Source: an uncultured Bacteroidales bacterium (GTDB lineage Bacteria; Bacteroidota; Bacteroidia; Bacteroidales; VadinHA17). Taken from it: a stretch of DNA of 64,000 nt. A program made the translations under genes and the position numbers. The DNA lies in NCBI GenBank assembly GCA_942492865.1, contig OW818650.1, forward strand, positions 4,029,425-4,093,424, written 5' to 3'. Below are positions 45,288 through 55,140 of this stretch, piece after piece. The notes under the pieces were generated by a model. It was not told the DNA's origin. It worked only from the letters and a program-made list of their open reading frames with translations, and did no database searches. The stretch's first letter is position 1; every line of letters begins with the position of its first letter.

Positions 45288-46808
45288 TTAATCTCCTGTT
45301 TGTAATTGCCTGAATGCAGATCCCAATTCATTTATAATATCGGATGGCAGCAAAGATTCACAGGATGATTTTTCCGCGGCAATATCTCCGGCCAACCCAT
45401 GAAGAAACACCCCTGCTATAGCAGCGTTCTCAGGTGTATAATCCTGAGCCAGCAACGAAAGTATGATGCCGGTAAGGGCATCACCGCTTCCACCGGTTGC
45501 CATACCAGGGTTACCTGTACTGTTAAAACAGACTTGCCCTCCGGGAGTGGTTATGCAGGTAAAAGCACCTTTAAGAACAACAATGCAGTTGTTCTCCTTT
45601 GAAAAGAGCCTCTGGCGGTTCAACCTCGAAAAACTGTCACCCGAGGGTTCAGTGAGCCGTTCAAATTCTTTTGGATGCGGTGTAAGGATAATATTTGGAT
45701 TCAGATATCTGTACCAGTCCCTGTTCATTCCAAGAATGTTGATGGCATCGGCATCGATCACCATATTTTTTGTGCAGGTTGAGAGAATGTTGAAGAGAGC
45801 TCTCTGCACTTCCTTACCGGTACCCAATCCGGGGCCAATTCCCAGGGCGTTGAATTTATCTGTGACGGGGTTTTCAGAAATAAAATCTTCAGACTGATCC
45901 TGTTCAACCATAGCTTCAGGTACTGCTATCTGCATTATTGCGTTACCGCCCGAGGGAACGTGACAGGTTAAAAGACCTATTCCGGAACGAAGGGCGGCTC
46001 TTCCCGATAGAATTGCTGCACCCATTTTCCCAATCGATCCGGCGATCAATAATCCATGGCCGAACATTCCTTTGTGGTCATGCTTCTTTCTTTTTCTTAG
46101 AAGCGGAACTATATCGCATTTTTCAAGAAAGATATAAGGTGAATTGAAATCCCTGATTGCTCTCTCATGTAATCCGATCGGCAGAACAACCCATTCACCT
46201 ATGAACATCTCATTCTCAGGAAACATAAAGGAAAGCTTTGGAAATTGAAATGTTGTGGTGAAACCTGCCTTTATAATGTTTTCCTTTTTGAAGGTTTTGT
46301 TGTCTTCTCCTGACAAACCTGAAGGAATATCAACTGATATCACCAGAGCGCCTGTTCCGTTAATAAGATTGATTATTTCAGCAGCAATTCCTTCCGGGGG
46401 TCGTGTAAGCCCGCTTCCGAATATTGCATCAATAATTATATCCCCGGCTGAAATGAGCGGGAACTGATCGCTCCGGTCAATTATATTAAATGAAGCTGAA
46501 TTCTCATTTACAAGCCTCTGCCTGTTTATCTCCCAGTCAGCTGATGTCTTCTCTGTGAATTTTACATAGTACACTTCCGGTTTAAACCTATTCATCAGCA
46601 TAATTCTTGCAAGAGCAAGACCGTCGCCTCCATTATTGCCCGGGCCTGCGAATATTAATATGCGTCGTGATCTGTCAAATTTTTCACTATACCATTTATA
46701 AACAGAGAATGCAGCTCTTTCCATCAAATCGATCGATTGCACAGGCTCGTTTTTTATAGTGTATTCATCTATCTTCCTCACCTGGTCACTTTCAAATATT
46801 TTCATCAT
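45288..46808 (-). CDS. nnr: Bifunctional NAD(P)H-hydrate repair enzyme (epimerase + ADP-dependent dehydratase)
   Basis: An N-terminal YjeF_N domain (AGPGNNGGDGLALAR) and a C-terminal carbohydrate-kinase-like domain (HKGMFGH, GGSGDALTG). Confidence 0.9.
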   Translation of the reverse strand: MMKIFESDQVRKIDEYTIKNEPVQSIDLMERAAFSVYKWYSEKFDRSRRILIFAGPGNNGGDGLALARIMLMNRFKPEVYYVKFTEKTSADWEINRQRLVNENSASFNIIDRSDQFPLISAGDIIIDAIFGSGLTRPPEGIAAEIINLINGTGALVISVDIPSGLSGEDNKTFKKENIIKAGFTTTFQFPKLSFMFPENEMFIGEWVVLPIGLHERAIRDFNSPYIFLEKCDIVPLLRKRKKHDHKGMFGHGLLIAGSIGKMGAAILSGRAALRSGIGLLTCHVPSGGNAIMQIAVPEAMVEQDQSEDFISENPVTDKFNALGIGPGLGTGKEVQRALFNILSTCTKNMVIDADAINILGMNRDWYRYLNPNIILTPHPKEFERLTEPSGDSFSRLNRQRLFSKENNCIVVLKGAFTCITTPGGQVCFNSTGNPGMATGGSGDALTGIILSLLAQDYTPENAAIAGVFLHGLAGDIAAEKSSCESLLPSDIINELGSAFRQLQTGD

Positions 46809-46886
46809 CAGGATATTATATTACAAATTTAAACTCTTCAGCGCTTTTTAAAAAGAAAGTTGATTCTTTGCTACAAAAAAGATTAA

Positions 46887-46894
46887 TATATTTG
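46887..46894 (+). promoter_or_regulatory. Candidate -7 box TAtaTTTG for the POT transporter gene
   Basis: TATATTTG lies 78 nt upstream of the ATG at 46972. Confidence 0.3.
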
Positions 46895-46971
46895 TTTCCC
46901 GTTTTTATAACCTATTATTTAACCGGTGAGCCCGGAAGCTTATTTTATATTTAATAACTAATACACAGAAT

Positions 46972-48768
46972 ATGCTTAAGAACCATCCAAGAGGATTACT
47001 GGTAGCCTTTTTCTCCAATATGGGTGAACGGTTTGGCTTTTATACCATGATGGCCATTCTTGTTCTTTTCCTTCAGGCCAAATTCGGGCTCTCTGCCGAA
47101 AAAGCAGGTGGCATTTACAGCTGGTTTTATTTCAGCATCTATGCTCTTGCCCTTGTAGGAGGTATTCTTGCCGACGCTACAAAAAAATATAAATTGGTCA
47201 TTCTTGCGGGCATTATAATAATGTTTGCGGGATATATCATCATGGCCGTTCCGGGAATGACACTTACTTTTACAATAATAGGACTGTTTACCATAGCCCT
47301 TGGTAACGGGCTGTTCAAAGGAAACTTGCAGGCTGTTGTCGGTCAGATGTATGATGATCCGCAGTATTCAAAACTAAGAGATTCGGCCTTCATGATTTTC
47401 TATATGGGAATCAATGTGGGAGCATTTTTTGCACCCTTTGCGGCCACAGGGATGAGAAACTGGTGGTTGAAGGTTAATGGATTTGAGCATGACGCAAGTC
47501 TTCCATCACTTTGTCATCAGTACATAAACGGAACACTTGCCGACACTTCCACATTCCAGCAGCTGGCCAATTCGGTGAACCTGAGCGGACCGGTAAGCGA
47601 CCTTGGCACTTTTGCAGCCAGCTATCTTGAAGTTTTTTCCAAAGGATATAACTACGCATTCGGAGTGGCTGCAGGCGCTATGGTTATTTCACTTATCGTT
47701 TACATGGTGTTTGGCAGACTCCTTCCGAATAAGGAGGTATCGACCAAAGGAAAAGAAAATGTATCAAAAATTGAATTCAAACCTTCAATCATGTTTGCTG
47801 CGCTTGCAGCTATAGGGATAACAGCATATTTGCTTCATTTTATAAAAGAGGTAGGCTGGACAGCAGGCTTTGCATTCGGCCTTTTTGCCGGATTCGTAAC
47901 ATGGATAATCCTTACCTCGCATAAGGAAGAAAGGGCAAGGATAACTGCCCTGGTACTAGTATTTATTGTTGTTATCTTTTTCTGGATGTCATTCCACCAG
48001 AATGGTCTTACTCTCACTTTATTTGCCCGCGATTATACTGCCAAGGAAGTAGGTCCATTTACTAACCTGTTCTTTACCTTGCCTTCGTTGCTGGCAGTGA
48101 TCGGATCAATTGCAGGGCTGGTAATGCTTCTGAAGAAGAACATGAAACCTGCTGTCAAGACAGCCGGAGGTATCCTTTTTGCAGCAACATTTATTCTTGC
48201 ATATTTTCTTGTAAAAAGAGCTGATGAGCAGAATTCTATCTCGCCTGAGATCTTTCAATCATTCAATCCTTTATTCATTGTTGCGCTGACATTCCCTGTA
48301 ATGGGAGCATTTGCCTGGCTCAACAAAAGGGGCATCGAACCATCTACTCCTAAAAAAATAGGCATAGGAATGGTTATTGCAGCCGTGGGATTTGTTCTGG
48401 TCTTTTTATCATCCATAGGTCTCCCTTCGCCAAAATCACTTGCAGGACTTCCTGTCGCAGATACTTTAAGGGTTACACCATATTGGCTTATAAGCAGTTA
48501 CCTGGTACTTACCGTAGCAGAGCTCTTCCTGAGTCCAATGGGGCTCTCATTCGTTTCAAAAGTAGCGCCTTCACGCTTCCAGGGACTTATGCAGGGTGGC
48601 TGGCTACTTGCAACAGCCGTAGGCAATAAGCTTCTCTTCATTGGCACCCTTCTTTGGGATAAAGTTGCACTTAGCACTTTATGGCTTGTTTTCATAGTTT
48701 GTTGCCTTGTTTCTGCAGCATTCATTTTCTCAATCTTGAAACGGCTGGAAAAAGCATCTGCCAGCTAA
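46972..48768 (+). CDS. Proton-dependent oligopeptide transporter (POT/PTR2 family)
   Basis: GERFGFYTMMAILVLFL and FYMGINVGAF signatures. 598 aa. Confidence 0.85.
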   Translation: MLKNHPRGLLVAFFSNMGERFGFYTMMAILVLFLQAKFGLSAEKAGGIYSWFYFSIYALALVGGILADATKKYKLVILAGIIIMFAGYIIMAVPGMTLTFTIIGLFTIALGNGLFKGNLQAVVGQMYDDPQYSKLRDSAFMIFYMGINVGAFFAPFAATGMRNWWLKVNGFEHDASLPSLCHQYINGTLADTSTFQQLANSVNLSGPVSDLGTFAASYLEVFSKGYNYAFGVAAGAMVISLIVYMVFGRLLPNKEVSTKGKENVSKIEFKPSIMFAALAAIGITAYLLHFIKEVGWTAGFAFGLFAGFVTWIILTSHKEERARITALVLVFIVVIFFWMSFHQNGLTLTLFARDYTAKEVGPFTNLFFTLPSLLAVIGSIAGLVMLLKKNMKPAVKTAGGILFAATFILAYFLVKRADEQNSISPEIFQSFNPLFIVALTFPVMGAFAWLNKRGIEPSTPKKIGIGMVIAAVGFVLVFLSSIGLPSPKSLAGLPVADTLRVTPYWLISSYLVLTVAELFLSPMGLSFVSKVAPSRFQGLMQGGWLLATAVGNKLLFIGTLLWDKVALSTLWLVFIVCCLVSAAFIFSILKRLEKASAS

Positions 48769-48807
48769 AATATCAGGAATGCATTTTATACAGAGTTTAA
48801 TCTGAAT

Positions 48808-51237
48808 ATGAAAATATTAAAATTTGGAGGCTCGTCTCTTGGCACTCCGGGGCGGATAAGCCTTGTTAAGGAGATCATTGAGTCACAATCAAAGCCGTGT
48901 GCTGTTGTTGTTTCTGCATTCGAAGGTGTTACTGATCAGCTTGGTGAAATATTTCTGCTGGCATCACAAAAGAAATCAGAATACCGCGGCTTGCTTGAGA
49001 AAATCGTCTCACGGCATATAGATTGTATTAACAGCTTTGGAATTGTTCACGAACACCAGGTAATTGTAAAAAGATCGACCGGATTGATATTAGATGAGCT
49101 GACCAGGCTTCTCGAAATGGTATATGCTGGCAAGGATCATGAACGTGATACAAGCGATAAAGTTGTTGGAATCGGAGAAAGACTTTCATCAAATATTATC
49201 AGTAGTTTATTTGATGATGCAATACTTGTTGATTCTAGAATGTTCATAAAAACCGATGATAGTTTCGGTAATGCAATAGTGGACCAAAAACTTACTGAAT
49301 CGTTAATAATAAAAACCTTCGGATCGCAGTCAGAACTTTTTATTGTTCCGGGATTTATCGCCAGTTCAGTAAATGGTGAATCTACAACCCTCGGCCGGGG
49401 AGGTTCGGACTATACTGCAGCATTGTTAGCTGCGGCATTAAATGCCGATATGCTTGAAATATGGACCGATGTGGACGGCTTCATGACAGCTGATCCGAAG
49501 AAAGTGGATAAAGCCTATGTGATTGAGAGCCTTACCTATTCTGAAGCAATTGAACTTTCACATTTCGGTGCAAAAGTGATCTATACCCCTACCCTGAGGC
49601 CTGTATATAAGAAAAACATCCCTGTGGCTGTTCTAAACTCCTTTAATCCAAAAGCAAAAGGTACCATAATAAGCAATGTACAACCTGCAGAAAGCGCCAG
49701 TCCGATAAAGGGTATTTCATCAATCGACCTGATAGACCTTATTACTCTTCAGGGTCCGTCGATGGTTGGAGTAACCGGAACATCAATGAGGTTATTCAGC
49801 GCACTTGCAAAATATAATGTAAATGTCATACTGATAACACAGGCTTCCTCAGAGTATTCTATCACATTTGCGGTCAATCCTGCCAGTTCTGATACTGCCG
49901 TAAAAGCCATAACCGGGGAATTCAATGAAGAAATTGTTGTTAACAGGGACCTCCGGGTACAGGTTGAAAAAAACCTGTCGGTCATTGCCATTGTAGGTGA
50001 GAAGATGAAAAATACTCCGGGTATTTCCGCCAACCTGTTTAAGTCACTGGCAAGAAATGGTATTAGTGTGATTGCCACTGCACAGGGTTCTTCCGAACAG
50101 AATATTTCTGTTGTAATAAAGAATGAAAGTCTGAAAAAGGCGCTTAATGCCATTCATGACGGATTTTTCCTTTCACGGTATAAGGAAATGTTCCTTTTTG
50201 TTGCAGGCACGGGGATTGTCGGATCAAGCCTTATGAAGCAGCTTGAACGCCAGCAGGAGACCCTGTTAAAGGAGCATGGTTTAAAGGTCAACCTCATGGG
50301 AATTGCAAATTCCAGAAAGATGGTCACCGATAAAAAAGGAATACCGATAGACAAATACAGGGATATCCTCAAAGACGGAGAGAAAAGCAATATAGAGAGC
50401 TTCATCAGTCAGATGATAGGTATGAACTTCAGAAATTCAGTGTTTATTGATTGTACGGCCGACCAGCATGTTGCTATGAAATACAGTGAGATACTATCAG
50501 GATATGTATCAGTAGTTACAGCAAATAAAATAGCTTGCTCCTCGGAATATTCTTACTACCAGGAGCTTAAAAAAATTGCCGCCGAAAGAGGTGTAAGGTT
50601 CATGTACGAAACTACTGTCGGCGCCGGCCTGCCGATCATAAAGACTATTAATGACCTTGTTCTGAGCGGTGACAAGATCCATAAAATTGAGGCTGTACTT
50701 TCAGGTACGCTTAATTTTATTTTTAATGAAATAGGCCCTGATATGCCGCTGAGCGTTGCCATCAGAAAAGCAAAAGAAAAAGGATTTTCAGAACCGGATC
50801 CGAGGATCGATCTCAGCGGAACAGATGTGGTGAGAAAAATACTTATTCTGTCACGTGAGGCAGGTTACCATATTGAAAAGAAAGATGTGGTTGTCAAAAG
50901 TTTCCTTCCCGAAAGTTGCTTCAAGGGAAGTATTGAAGATTTTTTTGAAGAAGTAAGAAAGTTTGATGACCAATTTGAACAATTGAGGAAAAAGCTTTCG
51001 GAGGATAAGAAGAAATGGCGGTTCTTCGCATCACTAGATAACGGAATTGCAAAAGTGGAGCTTGTAACTGTCGATCAGTCTCATCCGTCGTACGATCTGG
51101 CCGGCAGTAATAATATTGTTCTAATCACTACCGACAGGTACAGGGAGTTGCCAATGGTGATAAAAGGATATGGAGCCGGTGCTGAAGTGACGGCGGCAGG
51201 AGTTTTTGCCGACCTTATGAGAGTTGTTAATGTGTAG
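48808..51237 (+). CDS. thrA: Bifunctional aspartokinase / homoserine dehydrogenase
   Basis: MKILKFGGSSLG, GRGGSDYTAA, ACT region, then a C-terminal homoserine dehydrogenase domain (GAGLPII, GTLNFIF, EPDPRIDLSG). 809 aa. Confidence 0.9.
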   Translation: MKILKFGGSSLGTPGRISLVKEIIESQSKPCAVVVSAFEGVTDQLGEIFLLASQKKSEYRGLLEKIVSRHIDCINSFGIVHEHQVIVKRSTGLILDELTRLLEMVYAGKDHERDTSDKVVGIGERLSSNIISSLFDDAILVDSRMFIKTDDSFGNAIVDQKLTESLIIKTFGSQSELFIVPGFIASSVNGESTTLGRGGSDYTAALLAAALNADMLEIWTDVDGFMTADPKKVDKAYVIESLTYSEAIELSHFGAKVIYTPTLRPVYKKNIPVAVLNSFNPKAKGTIISNVQPAESASPIKGISSIDLIDLITLQGPSMVGVTGTSMRLFSALAKYNVNVILITQASSEYSITFAVNPASSDTAVKAITGEFNEEIVVNRDLRVQVEKNLSVIAIVGEKMKNTPGISANLFKSLARNGISVIATAQGSSEQNISVVIKNESLKKALNAIHDGFFLSRYKEMFLFVAGTGIVGSSLMKQLERQQETLLKEHGLKVNLMGIANSRKMVTDKKGIPIDKYRDILKDGEKSNIESFISQMIGMNFRNSVFIDCTADQHVAMKYSEILSGYVSVVTANKIACSSEYSYYQELKKIAAERGVRFMYETTVGAGLPIIKTINDLVLSGDKIHKIEAVLSGTLNFIFNEIGPDMPLSVAIRKAKEKGFSEPDPRIDLSGTDVVRKILILSREAGYHIEKKDVVVKSFLPESCFKGSIEDFFEEVRKFDDQFEQLRKKLSEDKKKWRFFASLDNGIAKVELVTVDQSHPSYDLAGSNNIVLITTDRYRELPMVIKGYGAGAEVTAAGVFADLMRVVNV

Positions 51238-51253
51238 AAGATTGCAATTCTGA

Positions 51254-51390
51254 GGGTTCAGGGTTTCAGGGTTTACCTGCGACGAACTCGGCTGCGCCTC
51301 GGTTCAGAGTTTCAGAGTTTCAGAGTTTGACTTCGTCGAGCTCGGCTGCGCCTCGGTTCAGAGTTTCAGGGTTTCAGAGTTTCATGGTTT
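51254..51390. repeat. Composite repeat: GTTTCAG(A/G) heptamer arrays alternating with a 26-nt GC-rich core, two units
   Basis: [GGTTCAGGGTTTCAGGGTTT][ACCTGCGACGAACTCGGCTGCGCCTC][GGTTCAGAGTTTCAGAGTTTCAGAGTTT][GACTTCGTCGAGCTCGGCTGCGCCTC][GGTTCAGAGTTTCAGGGTTTCAGAGTTTCATGGTTT]. Confidence 0.9.
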
Positions 51391-51437
51391 AAAGATTTAA
51401 GAGGGGTTATGGGCAAACAGGTTTTGAAGGTAATGAG

Positions 51438-52805
51438 ATGATTGACAGACAAATAAAATACTATTCCACTAATTTAAAATCGCAGGAAGTTTCCTTCAGG
51501 GAGGCTCTCTTAAATGGTCTTGCACCAGACGGCGGACTCTACATGCCTTCAGAAATACCCAGGCTCTCCGGTGAAGAATTAAATAAATTTGCTTCATCGG
51601 GATATTCTGATATTGCATTTACTGTCCTTTCCAGGTTAACAGGAAACGAAATAGATCCATCCATACTCCTGAATTTATGCCGCGACGCTTATAATTTTGA
51701 AGTACCCCTGCAGAAAGTAAATGACAGGGATTTTATACTGAGACTTGACCAGGGACCTACGGCTTCTTTTAAAGATTTTGCTGCACGGATGATGGCCAGG
51801 CTGATGCAATATTTTCTTTCCACCAGTAACAGGCATCTTACAATTCTTACAGCAACATCAGGTGACACAGGCAGCGCTGTTGCGAGCGCTTTCATGGGAT
51901 TGAAAAATGTTAGTGTTGTCATACTTTTTCCTTACGGAGAAGTTACCGGTATACAAAGGAGACAGATGACTACACTTAAGGAGAACATTAAAGTGCTTGC
52001 AGTAGATGGAAAGTTCGACGATTGTCAACACCTTGTGAAGACTGCTTTCCTCGACAACACCCTTTCGCATATTCCCATTTCGTCGGCAAATTCAATAAAC
52101 ATAGGCAGACTTTTGCCACAATCGGTTTATTACTTTTATGCCTGGTCAAGGATATCGGGAAGGCAGGATTACCCAATTATCTTCAGCGTTCCATGCGGAA
52201 ATTTCGGAGATCTCATGGGCGGAATAATTGCAAGAGAAATGGGATTACCGGTGAAAAAATTCGTTATTGCAACAAATGAAAATGACGAAGTGCCGTCATA
52301 CTTCAGTTCAGGTAATTACAAACCCATTGTACCATCCCTTAATTGCATTTCAAGTGCAATGAATGTTGGCCATCCAAGCAATCTTGCCCGTATAATTGCA
52401 TTATATGGTGGAGTAATGAATGAAGCAGGGACAGTGATAAAATCTCCTGACCTTGCAGCAATGAGGAAGGACTTTTATGCCGTGAGCGTGTCTGATAAGG
52501 AGACTACTGAAACTATTATATCAGCCTATAGTTCAGGACATTTGCTTGAACCTCATGGTGCCGTGGCATGGAAAGGAATGCAGTCATTCAGAGCCCAGTT
52601 CCCCGGTGAGAACAGCGACGGGGTCGTTTTGGAAACAGCTCATCCTTCAAAGTTCCGTGATGAGATTATAAAGATCCTAAATATTGAGCCGGAACGTCAT
52701 TATGCACTAAAAGGCATTGAGAAAAAAACAGAAGATTTCATAACTATAAAAAATAATTACATGGAATTAAAAGATTTTATCCTGAAGAATTGCAGACAGG
52801 GATAA
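51438..52805 (+). CDS. thrC: Threonine synthase (long type)
   Basis: GLAPDGGLYMP and the PLP-lysine motif PTASFKDFAARMM. 455 aa. Confidence 0.9.
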   Translation: MIDRQIKYYSTNLKSQEVSFREALLNGLAPDGGLYMPSEIPRLSGEELNKFASSGYSDIAFTVLSRLTGNEIDPSILLNLCRDAYNFEVPLQKVNDRDFILRLDQGPTASFKDFAARMMARLMQYFLSTSNRHLTILTATSGDTGSAVASAFMGLKNVSVVILFPYGEVTGIQRRQMTTLKENIKVLAVDGKFDDCQHLVKTAFLDNTLSHIPISSANSINIGRLLPQSVYYFYAWSRISGRQDYPIIFSVPCGNFGDLMGGIIAREMGLPVKKFVIATNENDEVPSYFSSGNYKPIVPSLNCISSAMNVGHPSNLARIIALYGGVMNEAGTVIKSPDLAAMRKDFYAVSVSDKETTETIISAYSSGHLLEPHGAVAWKGMQSFRAQFPGENSDGVVLETAHPSKFRDEIIKILNIEPERHYALKGIEKKTEDFITIKNNYMELKDFILKNCRQG

Positions 52806-52839
52806 GGTTACTTTTAATCCTCTTTAACACCGATTTAAT

Positions 52840-53451
52840 ATGTACGTAGTTTGTTCTGACCTGGAAGGGGTATTTGTACCGGAAATATGGATAAATGTAG
52901 CTGAACAGACCGGCATTAAAGAACTTAAGCTTACCACCCGCGATATTAATGATTATAATAAGCTGATGGAGAGAAGGCTGGAGATACTTAAAGAGAATAA
53001 CCTTACCATCCACGATATCCGAAAAGTAATATCAGGGATAAAACCTCTGCCGGGAGCTATTGAATTTCTAAAGTGGCTCCGAAGCCAGGTTCAGCTTATC
53101 CTTGTATCAGATACTTTTACCGAATTTGCCGATCCTCTGATGGAACAGCTCGGCAGGCCAACACTGCTGTGCAATAATCTTTCAATAGATGTTTCAGGCA
53201 GAATAACAGGATACAATTTGCGTCAAAAAGATGGGAAAAAGAAAGTGGCAGCTGCGATTCAAAGTCTTAATTACAAAGTTATAGCTGTAGGTGATTCCTA
53301 TAACGACATATCAATGATAAGACAGGCTGATATAGGCATTCTATATAGCCCGCCCCGCAATGTAACAGATGATAATCCTGACCTGCCCGTAATCAGTTCA
53401 TACGGGCAGCTTAAAAATTTTATCTCTGTTGAACTGGGTCTGCCGGAATAA
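52840..53451 (+). CDS. thrH: ThrH-like HAD phosphatase (phosphoserine phosphatase / phosphoserine:homoserine phosphotransferase)
   Basis: It is collinear with my recollection of Pseudomonas aeruginosa ThrH, which reads CLDLEGVLVPEIWI...TTRDIPDYD.LM..RL.IL...PL.GA.EF..WLR...QVVILSDTF.EF..PLM.QLG.PTLLC..L......V.GY.LRQKD.K......L.Y.VIA.GDSYND..M. HAD motif I is DLEG. Confidence 0.7.
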   Translation: MYVVCSDLEGVFVPEIWINVAEQTGIKELKLTTRDINDYNKLMERRLEILKENNLTIHDIRKVISGIKPLPGAIEFLKWLRSQVQLILVSDTFTEFADPLMEQLGRPTLLCNNLSIDVSGRITGYNLRQKDGKKKVAAAIQSLNYKVIAVGDSYNDISMIRQADIGILYSPPRNVTDDNPDLPVISSYGQLKNFISVELGLPE

Positions 53452-53565
53452 GAGGTGACCTAAGTTATCTGCTTGTTGAACATTGTTTTTCATCGTATTT
53501 AGCATTTTATCAATAATGTGCTATACTTTTTGTAATTTCACGATCGTTCATCAAAACCTCTGATC

Positions 53566-55065
53566 ATGAAATTACCTCCAAGCTCAAAGAACATTCTTTC
53601 AGTTATAGGCTCGATGATAATAATTGCCAACCTTGTACTGATACTCATCCTGTTTATCATTTCTTCTATATTCGACAAAGGGGAAACAAATCTGGGAATC
53701 TTTATCTACCTTATTCTTCCCGGCTTTTTAATTATGGGAGGGATACTTCTTCTTATTGGTGTGATCCTGGAAAAAATCAGGATGAAGAAGCATCACACTA
53801 CTGACATAAAGCACATGCCTGTATTGGACCTGAATGAAAAAGACAGTAAAAGAGCCTTTGTTGCCTTTACAGCGGCAACAGTGCTGGTACTTTTTTTTGC
53901 AACCTACAGCGGTTTTGAAATTTATCATTATACTGAATCGGTAAAATTTTGCGGAACCTTATGTCATGAGGTAATGGAACCCGAACATGTGGCCTACCAG
54001 GGTTCTCCTCATGCCAACGTTTTATGTGTAGAATGTCATGTAGGTTCCGGAGCATCATGGTATGTGAAATCCAAATTATCGGGTTTGCACCAGGTATATG
54101 CTGTACTTACAAAATCATATACCCGGCCTATTGAAACACCATTGCATGATCTTCGTCCGGCAAGAGAAACATGTGAAAGATGCCATTGGCCTCAGAAATT
54201 CTACCCGAGATCGATTGAGACTATCAAATCCTTTCTTACCGATTCGCTTAACAGTGAATGGGACATAATGCTGCAGATGAAGACAGGGCCCGAATATACT
54301 GACCTGGGATTGAAAGAAGGCATCCACTGGCATATTAATCCTTCGGTAAATATAGAATACATCTCTGAGAATGATAAAAGGGAAAACATCCCTTATGTGA
54401 AGTATACCAATCTTGAAACCGGTGAGAGCCATATATACAGAAATCCGGATAATCCCGTTGATGACAGCCTCATAAATGCTTCCGAAACCAGGATAATGGA
54501 TTGCATAGATTGCCACAACAGGCCTTCGCACAGATACAATCCACCCTGGGTATATTTTGATAAGGCAATGCTGACAGGTGAGGTTTCCAAAGAAATCCCT
54601 TTCATAAAAAAAGTATCAATGGATGTTTTAAGGCAATCGTTCACTGACATGGACACTGCCCTGATGACAATAAAAGATCAGATAGTGGATTTCTATAAAA
54701 CAGGATATGGAGATTTTCATGCTCAGAATGCGGCAGTTATTGAAAGCTCTGTCACTGCAATACAGACTGCCTTCAGCCAGAATACCTTTCCCAGAATGAA
54801 AGTATCATACGATGGGTATCCTGATCATATAGGGCACCTTGAATATGATGGTTGCTTCAGATGCCATAATGATGCTTTTGTTTCGGAGTCAGGCAGAAAG
54901 ATTTCCCGCGACTGCAATCTCTGTCATACGATTGTCGGGCAGGGAAAACCGGGAGCCATGGAATATACAAGTATACGTGACTCTCTTGAATTCAGTCACC
55001 CGATCGATATCGGCACTGCATGGAAGGAAGCCAATTGTTCAGAGTGCCACCTGTATTTGTATTAA
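53566..55065 (+). CDS. Membrane-anchored multihaem c-type cytochrome, NapC/NirT-like N-terminal module plus C-terminal extension (7 haem motifs)
   Basis: Three N-terminal TM helices. There are six CxxCH motifs (CVECH, CERCH, CIDCH, CFRCH, CNLCH, CSECH) plus one CGTLCH (Cx3CH). The layout FC...CHEVM...SPH...CVECHV...K...CERCH follows NapC/NirT. Confidence 0.75.
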   Translation: MKLPPSSKNILSVIGSMIIIANLVLILILFIISSIFDKGETNLGIFIYLILPGFLIMGGILLLIGVILEKIRMKKHHTTDIKHMPVLDLNEKDSKRAFVAFTAATVLVLFFATYSGFEIYHYTESVKFCGTLCHEVMEPEHVAYQGSPHANVLCVECHVGSGASWYVKSKLSGLHQVYAVLTKSYTRPIETPLHDLRPARETCERCHWPQKFYPRSIETIKSFLTDSLNSEWDIMLQMKTGPEYTDLGLKEGIHWHINPSVNIEYISENDKRENIPYVKYTNLETGESHIYRNPDNPVDDSLINASETRIMDCIDCHNRPSHRYNPPWVYFDKAMLTGEVSKEIPFIKKVSMDVLRQSFTDMDTALMTIKDQIVDFYKTGYGDFHAQNAAVIESSVTAIQTAFSQNTFPRMKVSYDGYPDHIGHLEYDGCFRCHNDAFVSESGRKISRDCNLCHTIVGQGKPGAMEYTSIRDSLEFSHPIDIGTAWKEANCSECHLYLY

Positions 55066-55140
55066 TAAACTTACAATTTAAAAAATACTCATTCTCCACT
55101 CGATTGTAATTGGTGTTCACAATTTAATGATTTCAGTCGG

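Noticed and set aside
51254-51390. Possible CRISPR-like or coding repeat between thrA and thrC
   Set aside because: There are only two units, the 'spacers' are heptamer arrays, and no ORF runs through it. The slot is also too short (200 nt) to hide a degraded thrB.
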